This document shows positions 39,101-51,100 of a stretch of 64,000 bases of DNA, in pieces (within the stretch, counting starts at the first letter, position 1; each line of letters begins with the position of its first letter). Origin of the DNA: Klebsormidium nitens (lineage: Eukaryota > Plantae > Klebsormidiophyceae); the NCBI GenBank assembly GCA_000708835.1, contig DF237371.1, forward strand, positions 15,635-79,634, written 5' to 3'. The notes below the pieces were generated by a model that saw only the letters and a program-made list of their open reading frames with translations, was not told the origin of the DNA and searched no databases. The position numbers and the translations under genes are program-made.

Positions 39101-40141
39101 GCGGCACTAGCAACTTGAAACGAACGGCGCTTCTAAGCAAAAGGCACAATACTACGAGTTGACGACTGCAAAAATCTGCGCAACACTTTAGAAACGAAAT
39201 TGAAGAGGTGCACCTTTTATCATCAATGGCAGCGCAGAGGAGCTATTACCTGTAAGAAGGGCTTCGCTTGCCCGATTCGCTTAAGCCTGATGTATCCATC
39301 AATGCAAGCAGTAAACACAGACATTAAAGCATCAAAAAGAAGAGTGGCATTATCTGCATACACAAATCCTACAGTAAGCTATCCTCAGAGACGATCAGGA
39401 GTTGATGGCCACTTTTGTTTTTGGAAGGGGCCGGACGGATGAAATCGATTCTGTCTCGGCGTCACCTGTCCGTTATAGCACCGCTCCAGCCGCAGCAGCC
39501 CGCAAATGTCCAGCTGGACACGTGGCGGCTGCTCAGCCACGAACGGGCTCAGCCGCGCCAGCAGTAGGGCGGCCTGGGGCTGGGCCTCGCTGGGGAACCG
39601 CTTGCGCCTGCCGCAGAAAACGTAATGGATCCCAGCTTCTTTCTTTGAGCCTTTCTTCCAAGCCGAATTGGTGAGGAGCTAAGAAGCGGTAATTGGTCTT
39701 CTATGGGCGATGCCAGTATGCAAGGAGTAGCTCATTCCGAGAAGGACACCCGAGTGGGGACAAGCATTCTCGTCAGCTGTGAGCCCAGAGGGACTGGAAT
39801 GAAAGTTTTTCTATCTTTTTTTCCCTTTTACTCGCAACCATTAGAGGTGCAATTGCCTCATTCTCGTTTCTGTCCACCACTTCCCAATCACATGACAAGT
39901 CTATCTGACGCTTGGATGGAAGGATGCCTGACTTTATGTCATGGTGATGAAGCGCCTGCGTCCAATCCAAACGGACGGCCAGCATCCAAACGAACGCTCA
40001 GAAGCACTGGCGTTACAGTAAGGGCATTTCGAGATTGCACTGAGCTCAAACTACTCACCCGTCGACCAGGCTGATGATTGCCTTGGCCAGCGCCGCCGGG
40101 GGCAGGCCCTCCTGTGTCGAAGCACCAGTCTGGGTGTCCAT
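36127..40141 (-). CDS. Soluble protein with two tandem (degenerate) cyclic-nucleotide-binding domains and a disordered C-terminus (~514 aa); exons 40141-40059, 39607-39466, 38983-38915, 38638-38489, 38178-38031, 37714-37514, 37224-37049, 36702-36127
   Basis: CNB-1: LERCYNGQ|VLQRQGGRGRSFYILLKGLV...LRPGDSFGAEA...CYFLKLDK|PAFLKVF. CNB-2: GVGIVRRGQL...LGPGAVLG...VDLLSLQKADLKRIL. The model requires one GC-AG intron. Confidence 0.78.
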
Positions 40142-40151
40142 TCATTGGAAC

Positions 40152-40240
40152 ACTTAGTTCACTAACCGACAATTTCTTGGATCACTAACCAAGAATACTT
40201 AGTTCACTAACCGAGAATACTTAGCTTACTAACCGAGGAA
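40152..40240. promoter_or_regulatory. Four tandem 22-23-bp repeats, each with a TTAG-N4-CTAA dyad, immediately upstream of the cNMP-domain gene start
   Basis: Units: acttagttcactaaccgacaat / ttcttggatcactaaccaagaat / acttagttcactaaccgagaat / acttagcttactaaccgaggaa. The repeat is seen directly; a regulatory role is inferred from position. Confidence 0.6.
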
Positions 40241-40933
40241 GTCCCACTTTATTGCTCGGTCTTTGGGCTCCTCAGGGAGGGCCTCAGACGCTTGCTAAGA
40301 CTTGCCAAGGCCTGCCTAGCTAAATCAGGAGAGGGCATTCTTTCGAGTATTTCTAAGCTAAAATTGTTTGCAGACCATGTTGCGAAACCGCTGAGTGTGT
40401 CCTATCCGCCAAATGCACAGGCGAGAGCTACGGTAAAACCTGGAATAGATTGACCGGTTGGGCTACGCTCTCCGTGAGTGGTCAGGGAACCAGCTGACTC
40501 TTCTGTAGCGGGAATCTTGCCAGGACCTTCTTCCGACTCGTGCGGCTGGCTGCGGCTTTCAGTTTGGGCGGATCCCTTAGCCCCTTGGTGACCGTACTGA
40601 ACAAAGTGAGCGGTCTTTACGGCTCGCAGCATGAGAGAGGCCATGCTTGGAGGCAATTAGGGGCTCGGTTTTATTGGGCGAAGACCTTGCAACACGCATG
40701 TTGGCGCTACGGGCGACCTTATCTTCACTAGCAATGCGGCTACTATAGCGCATCCGTTTGCCCTTCTTACAGACTTGGTCTATCCGATGTTCAATACGTC
40801 GCATTTTGACAGACTCTCAAAGTGTGGGTCAGGCTAGAGGTTCTGAGGTTGCAAGAAGTGCCTGTTGAAAATTCGGAAGAATTCAGCAGGCTGATCGCTC
40901 TGCTCAACAAGCATCCGTCACTCTCACAATCTC

Positions 40934-41212
40934 ATGGCCGAGGCTGATCCTCGAATCTTCTCGACTGTGTTCAGAGTGGAAGCATACACGAAGAACCAGA
41001 CGGCAGTCATTTTCAACGGAGTCAACGACTTCAACGGTGGACGACTTGGACCCCAGTACAGATCGTTCGTCGCCGTCCGATCGCGGGTATTTGGTTCCGA
41101 AAAGAAACCATCGGACGGCAGCCCTGTGAACTTCATGCTTCAACTTATGCCGGGCGCGGGCGGCCGACGCGCGGCAGTCTGGCCTATGATGGACATAAAT
41201 CCTAGTCACTAG
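40934..41212 (+). CDS. Possible small orphan ORF (92 aa, MAEADPRIFSTVFRVEAYTKNQ...)
   Basis: ATG with an in-frame stop upstream, strong G/C preference at third codon positions, located in otherwise intergenic DNA. No recognised domain. Confidence 0.35.
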   Translation: MAEADPRIFSTVFRVEAYTKNQTAVIFNGVNDFNGGRLGPQYRSFVAVRSRVFGSEKKPSDGSPVNFMLQLMPGAGGRRAAVWPMMDINPSH

Positions 41213-42178
41213 CTAGGCTAGCTCGGACCGGCCATTAGTATTAGTAAGGTGCGCCCGCGCCGGTTGCGCTGGACTCAGTCGGATGATGCCCACCTCACGA
41301 GGCGCCAACTACTTACAATGTAGGTAGTAGCAGATTCGCTCACTCTTGGAGGTTGGCGAATGGTACCTGGCGTGCGCGATTGCATGCTAGGAATAAATGA
41401 GAACACGGGGTCCAACACCCAGCTAGCTAACCTGGCATGCCCACCGCGAGACTCCTCACAGTTATCATTCGCATATTGGGCTCCGCCCTTGGGCACTATT
41501 CTCGTATTCCCTCACCCTCGTACGTGCATGCACTAACTATTACATAGCCATGCATGCACATCATGCCACTCAGTGCATCATAACAGCGACAATATTTTTA
41601 TGTTGGTCATGTGTTGACGCTAATCTCCAAGTTTCCGTTATCCAATATGCGTGCCTATGATCTTTAATTAGCTCAGATCGGACGAAGCGAAGATCAACTA
41701 ATATTTCACATGCAATATATAGGACGAAGCGAACGACTTTTCTGTGGACAAAACTCGAATATTGGAAAGCGTATGCGGTCACTAGCTCATGAGATAAAAC
41801 ACGCAAGCTACGGGAGAACAACCGGCCAAAATGCGTTGTGTCCTCATCGAGCCATAAGACATAAATCTGATCATGTAAGTTTGCAACTCATTCATCACGA
41901 TTTGTACTTCGCAAAGCAGATTCGCGCCCTCTGATCACAAGGTGCAAGCTAGACCAGTTTGAGTTACACTGCTGCAACCAATTTCTTCCTTGTTGAGTTT
42001 CATAATGCATGTAGAACCAGTCAATTACCGAATTTAACCCTGTGACGAGTGCCTATGTCGTCCGTCATCGTTCATTCTGATAGCCCTTGACCGCTAAACA
42101 ATGTCGAGATGCCTATAAAGGTGTCTTCGTCCCCCGCAATCTTTACGGGCACTGTACAGACCCCGCCCCGCGATAACC

Positions 42179-45100
42179 TCAGATGGGCCTCATGCAGGGC
42201 TTGATGTTCCATATCTCGTCGGCGTACTGCTTTATCGTCCTGTCGCTCGAGAACTTGCCGGACCCAGCTGTGCTCAGGATGCTCATCTTGGTCCACAGTT
42301 GCCGGTCCACAAACGTTCTGTCGGCTTTGGCCTGCAAGAGCAGCGCCCGGCCAGCTGTCAATCTTTCACAATGGTATTAATGCACTTTGAACAACACACG
42401 GCTAACAATCAGAATGGAACCCCAACCCCGAAGAGCCAAACGGTGGAGAAAGACAGGCCTCCGCTCTTGGAAGAGGGACCCTCTCAATCACCTCATTTAG
42501 GGAGTCGCCGCACGTGACATCGATCAAGAACCTGAAAATGCTGATCTACGCATCAGACGAATAAATGCGGACAGTCGGAACCCCCTCTAACACACAGAGA
42601 CTGATGACTGTGGTGGACCCGTTTCGCCACTTGCCTGAGCTAGGAGGTAGGAGTCGAAGTCATTGGCCAGCAGGTAGACGTCGGGTCCCGTGATAGACTC
42701 GACCACAGGCTTGAAATACTCAGCGAAGCCAAACTTGTCGTCCCGGATCATCCTGCAAAGATTGAGCTAGAATCTTAAGGCGGACCCTTAACTGTCGTTC
42801 AACACCAGACCTAATGAAACCAGAAACCTACTGAGGAAGGCTGTAGGAACTACCTAATGAGTTTGACTGGCTTCCGCCCGTCTCATCATACAATGAGCCC
42901 GACTTGCAAGATTTCATGGGACTAAAAATACATCAAACATTTCGAGTCAAGCACGCTGAGGTCTGCCTGCTGATCGCCTTGCATGGCCACCCGGTTCTTG
43001 CTCAACGTGACAAACGTGACGAAAGCGCATCAAATCAAGCTGAGTAACGAAGAGCAGCAAACCATCCTTGCACTGCAGTCAAGTCAATGGACGGGCCTCT
43101 GAGACGCGGGTCAAGTTAAACACAAAAGCAAAATCTTTCCACAGTACCAGGGACTCAATGACACTCACTGTACGACTCTTTGGAACGCTGGCGACGGCCG
43201 GAAGGAGGGCCGCTCCTGCCGCAGCTTGGGCACCTCCTCCGTCCGCACTCCAAAGATGAACTGCACGGCCAAACCAATCAGCTAGTCGGAAAACGGCCCC
43301 CCAACCAGAAGAAGGCCCTCCAACTTGACCCTGAATCGAACTGTGTCCAATACCGGGACGGGTCCTCGAACAACGGTGGAGGAACTTCAGAAGAGATGCG
43401 CCTCGCTGAAAGCTAGCAAACTGCCGGCCACGGCGTTGGAACTAGAGCCGCAGAGCAAATCGACCGGCTCACAGTCACGAGCAAGATTCCAGGCCCTCGT
43501 TTTCACAAACAAAGAGGCACCCTCTTATGGCGTTAATACTTTGCTGCGAGGCGGGTTATGAGAGAAGGCAGCTCACCATGTTTTCGTCCCCAATCTCCTC
43601 CGCAATCTCGACGTTAGCCCCGTCCATGGTCCCTAGGATGAGCGCCCCGTTCATGGCGAACTTCATGTTGCTCGTGCCGGACGCCTCGTTCCCGGCAGTG
43701 CTGCACACGCCAGCCACGTGTCACTTACCGCTTGAACCTATTTGTGCTGCACTTCTGGGGATCACTGAAGCAGTCGGGCTGAAGATGCGACCTGGATTCT
43801 TTTCTGAGGAATCAGACATAACTCCCGAGGTCGTAAACTTCTTGCTTCCCCTCCTCCGCAGCCGCCTTCTCAACGCTTTCGCCTTTGGGATGAACTTTTC
43901 AATCTCTCCTAGCTCGCAACAGACGCAATCTCACACGATCACCTTTGCGGAGCTTTCAAAGTGCTCAACATACCAGAGAGAAGATTACTCACAGCAGGCA
44001 AGATCCAGTAATGCTTTGACAGGAGGAGGCGTCCCTCCCAGAAGAGCTTCTCGTCTCTGACAGGACTGCGGGCTCCTCATCTCCAAGCTCCCTACATGAA
44101 GCAGGCGGTCCAAGGCTCACCTGATATGTTGAGAGAGGTCCGTCGAGGGGATGATCAGCTCAGCGAGCGACACGTTGTAGTCGGGGACGAAGATCTGCAG
44201 GAGAAGGGAGACACAACTTTCCGCGCATGCCAAGCACTCACTTGCAAAGGAACTAGGATGAAATTGAGCAACACCTTCTTTGCGGGCACTGCCCCACGGC
44301 TCATACTCACAATCTGAGGAGCACAGGGAAGCAGATGACATCAGAAATTTAAGTTCACGACTCTCGACGACTCGGCAGTCCGTTGGCAACCGGGTGTCTA
44401 GAAAGCTGGGCTGACCAGCTTGAGGAGGTTGCCGACGTCAGGGTCCTTGTTGATGACGTCGCCTACTGCGCTGACGAGCTTGATAATCCGCTTGGCCATG
44501 TCGTACCCGGGGGCCGCCTTGCCGCCGATGACGCACACACGGGGGACCACCAGCTTGCGCTGCTCCGGCTTCATTTGCTGCAACGGGCAAAAACAAGGTT
44601 CTAAGCGATTGTTCAAAAAGGAAACTCTCTCTCCGCTGAAAAATGTCACTGTTCTAACTTGGGCTATCCAATCTAGACGTCCAGCTTTGATGACAACCCT
44701 TTCATCGCGGGGAGTCAGAGGAAAAGGCGTTGGAGGCTACAAAAGGATAGCCGTCTTTGAAACACTCGATGGGGCGACACGAGTCTGTTTACCGAGCTAC
44801 GGCGCGCACAACAGCAAGAGGAACGCGACAGGTGGCACTCTGGATGCTGACGGCAACTACCTGACGCAAGGGCACTATGATGAGATAAAAAGCCGATTGA
44901 AATTCGACGTCCGGAGAGGAACCACGACTCTGTGGTACTTTTTCCATAAGGGCGTTGCGGCCAAGGCGGGGTGCTCACCTTGATGCAGTCGTACCGGTGG
45001 ATGATGCTGAGCACGTTGAGCAGCTGCCGCTTGTACTCGTGGATGCGCTTCACCTGCACGTCGAACATCGCCTCCGTGCTCACCTGCGGGAACAATTATT

Positions 45101-48100
45101 ACCAATCACAACGTTAGATGCATCGTCTTAGAAACAGCGAAAAGGAGCAGGCGAGGAGCAAGTGTCGATGTAAAGTGGCCAAAGACGAAAGACAATGATC
45201 TGCCAGAGGCCGGCTTTGATATACATCCTGACATAAGAACGTGGAATTGGTTCCTTCCAGATGGTCCGGGGTTGCCAGCCCTTGAAGCTAAGTGTCAGGG
45301 CGCAACCTACCTTGACACCGCTCACTGTCTCCAGGTAGTACGCAAAGCGTTTCTTGTTCGCTTTCCGGACCTGGACGCGGAGAAACGCGACGATTCAGTC
45401 ACAAGCATCTGTTCCTTCCGGAGCAAGCGCCCATCATCCAATAGCAAGCTCAATCGCCCACTCTTCTTGATGTATTTGAGCAGCCGAAGATCCGACGAGC
45501 CCTCCGGCATGTCGTGGAGTATCCAAAACCCGCAGACGCGAAATTGGCCACAACAGGGGCGTCCGCTCAATGGAAGGGCTGGACACCAAGAGCTTGAGAA
45601 CGTGGACCGTTTCCAACATCAGCAACGTTATGGAAGATCCAACATCACATGGAAGATCCAACATTACATGGAAGGACGAGCCTTTATGCGGGCCTCACGT
45701 CGCGCCACTGCTGCTGCAGCTCGGGGTCCTCTGCATGTTCGCGGAGGCCCGCCAGCAGGTCCAGGTTGGTGATCCACTTCTCAGTGCCCAGCCACGACGT
45801 GATGACGTCACGCAGCCGCGGGTTGCAGTTGGCCAGCCACCGCCGCTGCACGCGGACAGGCAAGCCGGGCTTGAGGCCGCGACAGAGGGTACGTGACACG
45901 TGGTGCTCTTCAACTCTGAAGGATGTCTAAGATTGGCTGTTTGCAAGCATTGCCAAAAGCGATGGACCCTCAGATAATGCTGTCTGTTTACTATAGATAG
46001 ATCCATTTTAAGAGGAGCGAGACATAGATCCTATGACAAGCTCTGCCCTCTTGTATTCATAGCCAAGGAAAATACTTTCTCGACCTCAATGCCAAAGGCA
46101 CGAGCATGGTCGGTGGAAGCGAAGCTGTGAACCGCTCGTTTGTGGAGCCTCACCTGCGTGACTCCGTTGGTCTTGTTCTGGAACTTGTGTGGCCAGATGC
46201 CCACAAATTCCTGCGATGGAAGGGTAATGCTTTGTTAGGTGAGCTCCTGACAAGGTCCTCAGCGGGAAGAAACAATAGACGTTGTTTTTGGTGCGAAAGA
46301 GATAAGCGACGGCTTTGCAGAACTCAGGAAGCTGCTGTAGCTGTTCTCGTACTTCTGCACAGAGCCGGGGGCAACCAATCCAACCACGTCTGAACGACGG
46401 CGACCCCGTCTCCTAAGCACGGTGCCAAGCAACCCAGTCTGCGACAAGTTGTGCTTTTCCGAACAAGAAGCGAAGATGAAAGCAGTCGTCTTCTGGTGGT
46501 CGCTCGTCAAAGTCAGCTAGCGAGCTTCAATCAACTCTGCAAAGTTGAAGCGCCTGAAGCGCGTGGATTCAGCAACCAAGTTTGACGCCGGATCGACTCT
46601 CCAAAGCGTCGCCTTCCCTCGACAGATCTGTCCTGTACAAGAAGCCCTACCTTGAACAGCGTGTTCTTGATCAGCTCCGAGTGGATGGCAGCAACTCCGT
46701 TGACCGTGTGGGAAGCCACCAGGGCCAGGAAGGCCATGCGCACCGACTGCAAGGACACGTGGCAGCGTGTCAGTACTTAAGGAAGCCTACTTGCAAAGCG
46801 GAGGAATACAGCCAATTACTCAGCAAAAGCAGGGCCCACCTGTTTCAGTAATAGCGACAAGGTTGGGATACCGGCGTCACTCTCTTCGGCGCCTCTGATT
46901 GGACCTATGTAAGAAGAGCTCTTGCAACGTTTATTGCCAGGATCTGTTGCAGTCAAAAGCCCGCCAGGATAATCTATGAGGACGTCGTTGAGGAAGCAGC
47001 AGCGCATTCCCGATATTGGACACCCTTTGCAGCACTTCTACACGGGCCGTGCACTTCAGTTCGTCTCAGACGGACGCTGAGTGCTCGCAACAGGGAAACG
47101 GAGCTGCGGGCGGGTGCGCACCTTGAACTGGCCCTCCTCGATGATGGACATGCGAGCAATCCTGCTGTAGTCGTTGCCAATCAGCTTCTTCAGCTGCTCG
47201 ATGTACTGGAAGTTGATGTCGTAGATGATCTGCGAAAGATCGAGTCTGTCAGTCCACTTCATGCCACTTAAGATTCTAGATGGGTTGTGCAAAAGTCCTC
47301 TCCTTGCGAGGAACAACAGTACGCTCCTCAAAAAGATCGCCCAGGAGCAGTTTCTCATTGGACCATCTCCCTCACAAACCTCCTACAGCAACCCCTTCTT
47401 CTGAACGAGGACCATATGCCGGGGTCGCCGGCGGTGCGTGGCTGACCTGCATGTGGCGCGGCAGGAGCGACTCCATGAGCTCGACGGGCCACTTCTCCTG
47501 CGCCTCGGGCAGCATGGTGTGGTTGGTGAACGAGAACACCTGCGTCACCACGCCCCACGCTTCCGCCCACGGCAGCCCCTCCTCGTCCACCAGCAGCCGC
47601 ATCAGCTCCGGGATCGCAATCGTCGGGTGCGTGTCGTTCAGCTGGAACGCGACCTGCAGGAGCGAAGGCGGGTGCGCTCGCGCTGTGATCCTTGCTTTCA
47701 ATCACAGCTCTTCCCATCAAAGTTGCCACTTCCAGATTCAAGTATTGCGCAATCGTGAGCCGTCGGATGCCATTCCATTGTCATCGTGCGTGTCGTTCAG
47801 CTGGAACGCCACCTGCGGGCGCGAACAAACGCGGGCCTGTTGTGTGAAACTCCTTGCCGGTTGTTGGCAGCTGCTTTTGTACACCGATTACACGAGGTGG
47901 ATTTCGAAGCGCGGTGAACAGATGACGCGCTCGCGAGTCGTCAATTGTTCAGAGGAAGCGGGCAGGAGGATAAGAGCGTTCGGGGGCTCGAGGCCAAAAT
48001 CTGACAGCAAGCTCGCCATAGAGTGCTCTACAGTTGTGCCAAGCAAGAGTTGCGACCAAAAGCGTGCCGCACGTTACGGGCGTCATCGCTGCCAGAGGTC

Positions 48101-51100
48101 GGATATTCGTAGAATTCATTCTGAAGTCGGAAAAGCACCGTTTCGTGGAGAGAGCAGTGCGCTGGCAGAGCTGCTGACCTTTTCGGGAAACATTTTGAAG
48201 TGGTCGTGCTTCTCCTTATACCGTCGGATCACGTCCTGCAGCGTGCCCGACACGAAGAAGTGCTGCTGCTTCAGCCGCAACTCCTTGCCCTGCACGTAGC
48301 AAGCGATCGTCAGGGATGTAACCCTTTGCCTCCCTTTCTGACGAAAGGAATCCCCAAGTAGCTTTGTCAGCTGAAGCGATATCCACTCGATACCCAGCGA
48401 AGGGGTCATGCCCCGCAATCCAGCCACAGAGCATACTCGTAAGGGTTTAGAAACTCGAAGGCAGACTAGACGCCACAGACGAGCACACAGCGAAAGCTAG
48501 AAGCGAAGCTAGATTCGATTCAAGATTGCACACAAGCCTCAAAACTCTCCACGTTATCAGCTTACTTGATAAGTTCGGTCGTCAGGATACAACACGCTAC
48601 TGATCGTCTCCGCCCGCTGCTTGTTCAGAATTGCCGTCACGTAGTCCCCGGTGTTGAATGATTCCTGCAAGAACCAGAAGAATATGCAGCTTCGTTAGTG
48701 CGCGCGGAGTCTCGTGGACGGGGCCCGCAATTGTCGGAATCATGTATTGATCTAGCGGTATGTCTGTGCCCTTCTCAGAAAGCATTTGATCGACGACTGC
48801 AGTGGACGGCGCAGCGAACGAACACGAAACGGGAACCCAAGCGGATCAGAGCCCTTCACATCATAATGCAATCTTGAGCGCGGCGACTCTTACCAGATCG
48901 AATTCTCCGCTCGGCTTGGCGGCCCACAGCCGCAGATTGATGGTGTTGGGGGTGTCGTAGCCAGGGATGGGGTTGTCGTACGCCACGGCCTCGACCTAAC
49001 AGAAACAGTCGCACCTTTTCAGCCGAAGCTTACACTAATTCATCCTTTGCGTCTCCGGAAAGCACGAAACGTGACCTTTCTGCAGAATTTTCAAAGAAGC
49101 AAACATGAATGGAACAGTAGTTGGCCCCCGACCAACAGGGGCCCTCCTCGCCCTGCTTGAAGCGACCGACAGGTTTGCAACATTCTCGTTGCTCCCCGTT
49201 GACATACCTGCTCCCCGGCGTTCCAGATGTGCCGTTCCACCCCGTCCTCCCACTTCTTCTCCACCTTGCCGTAGAACTGAGAGCAGTGAAGAAGGAAGGG
49301 TCAGCAACAAACCGGGACTGCAGTGTAGCCGTGGGAAGTGGCGGATATGGTTAGCCCTTAAGGACGACTCAGATGTGACCTGAGTCAGGAAATGAGAAAT
49401 CACAAGCGCAGATTGGTTTCTGGAAAAGGACAGCAGAAAAACCCATAGAAATTACAGAAAAGTCACCAAAGAAGCTCTGAAAAGTTTCTCGCCTCCAAGA
49501 AAGACAAATAGCTTTCAGGTCGCAAAAGTTTGTATTTACGGACTTGCAACGTGCTGATTACTCGCTCAACTCAAAAGGAGCATGCACGCCTGAGTCAGAA
49601 TCAGCATCACACGAGAGAACGAGAGGAGCTCGTCAATATTCGATTCTGACAATTCCCTTCGAAGTTCACGTATTTCATGAGGTTATCGTATCGAAGGCCC
49701 AAACAGGCAAAGCGGGGGGGTTCGGGGGGGCGGCAGCCCCCCCGTTTTTAGAAGACATTTAGGGGGCGCACACTGCTTACTTACTTTCACTGTGTAGGAG
49801 AACTGAACCCGCTCGATTTCCCAGGGGTTGCCGAAGTTCAGCCAGTAATCAGGCTGCTCGTACTGGAAGCCATCCCTCAAACTTTGTCTAAACATGCCGT
49901 ATTGGTACCTCAATCCATAACTGCACATGAAAGGCGAATTTCAAGCCACATTATCCTCCTTTCCGTAAGGACTCATCTCAAGGACAGCAACAGTTCTTTC
50001 TAAGTAATGTTAAGAGCTTAACTTGGGCTACGACCCGGTAATTAACAGCATATCAAGAGACAGCCTGTTTTCGAAGCAAGCAGAGGCTCAGCTTTAACAA
50101 GATGGGTCTCCTCAAAACTGAGAAATGCGCAATCTGCATCTCGCCGTTTCTTTGATTCTCGGTCTCACATGCACTTATAGGGCCAGCGCAACAAACTGTG
50201 GTTACATCAGGTGGTAGGTCAGATAACTTTTAGCCACTCGCATTGACTTGCTACTTCGACGTGTCCTTCCGAAACATGGCCCGTCCGCTCTAACTTACCC
50301 CCAAGCCGGATAGTTGAGGGTGGCCATGGAGTCCAGGAAGCACGCTGCTAGTCGCCCAAGGCCTCCGTTGCCTAGCGCCGCATCCCGCTCCTGGCAACAG
50401 TAAGCAAATCAGTTCAGAACCTGGATACAGCTTAAGAGAGCTAGAGCAATCAATAAGTAACAAGCTTGCCAGAATGTTGCCGCACAGGCAAGGACTTCGA
50501 ATCCAACAGCACCACCAAGCCATCGAGAAAAAATGAGTTCTTCAATGAATTTAACGAGAAGGATCCTACTGACCTCCAGAAACTGCACCTAGATTTGTCT
50601 TTCCCCGTCTGCTTGCCTGAAAAGAAGAGGAGACGGGCTTTACTCACCTGTTCCGCAAGCGTCTCCAGGTCGTATCCCAATTGTCGAAGCGCCTCTTCAT
50701 ACTTATCTTTCACCCCCAGGTTGAACACGCTATTCAACAAGGACCGTCCTGGGAGAACGAAGACGAGCAACTAGCGCATAAGAAACCCCGCACTGAATTG
50801 CTTCACCCACCACTTTGCAAGGGAACACATTCTAAACCTGAGCCTTTCACAGATCGAGGAGCATCAGAAGCGTCCTTGCTTCACAAACGTTGTCAAAGAT
50901 GAGACGCATGACAGGATTTCCTTGAAAACCAACAGGAACTGTCCAAATTCCCTGACAAATGTAGAAAGCACCAAGTGGACTCACCCATGAGAAACTCCAT
51001 GCTCAGATAGTAGACCCGTTTGGGGTCTGAGTTCTTGAAGAACTGCTGCGTATCATTCCAGCTCTCAATGAGTCGATCACGGACACTGTAAGCCACAGCC

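Noticed and set aside
40152-40240. 22-bp repeats considered as a CRISPR array
   Set aside because: The units are directly adjacent with no unique spacers, the context is eukaryotic, and there are no cas genes.
41370-41560. Cluster of CATGCA (RY-like) motifs
   Set aside because: Short palindromic motifs such as TGCA and CATG are abundant throughout the intergenic DNA here, and there is no clearly associated target gene.
45430-45500. Intronic segment translating as [10 protein letters not shown], resembling an alternative phosphorylase exon 15
   Set aside because: No suitable AG acceptor or donor flanks it, and the true exon (45370-45311, [20 protein letters not shown]) fits fully.
47280-48299. 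339-aa plus-strand ORF, and other long antisense ORFs (e.g. 26677-27171, 51504-52052, 43527-44060, 17788-18510)
   Set aside because: They lie antisense to GC-rich coding exons of well-supported genes, have no motifs, and are the expected shadow ORFs.
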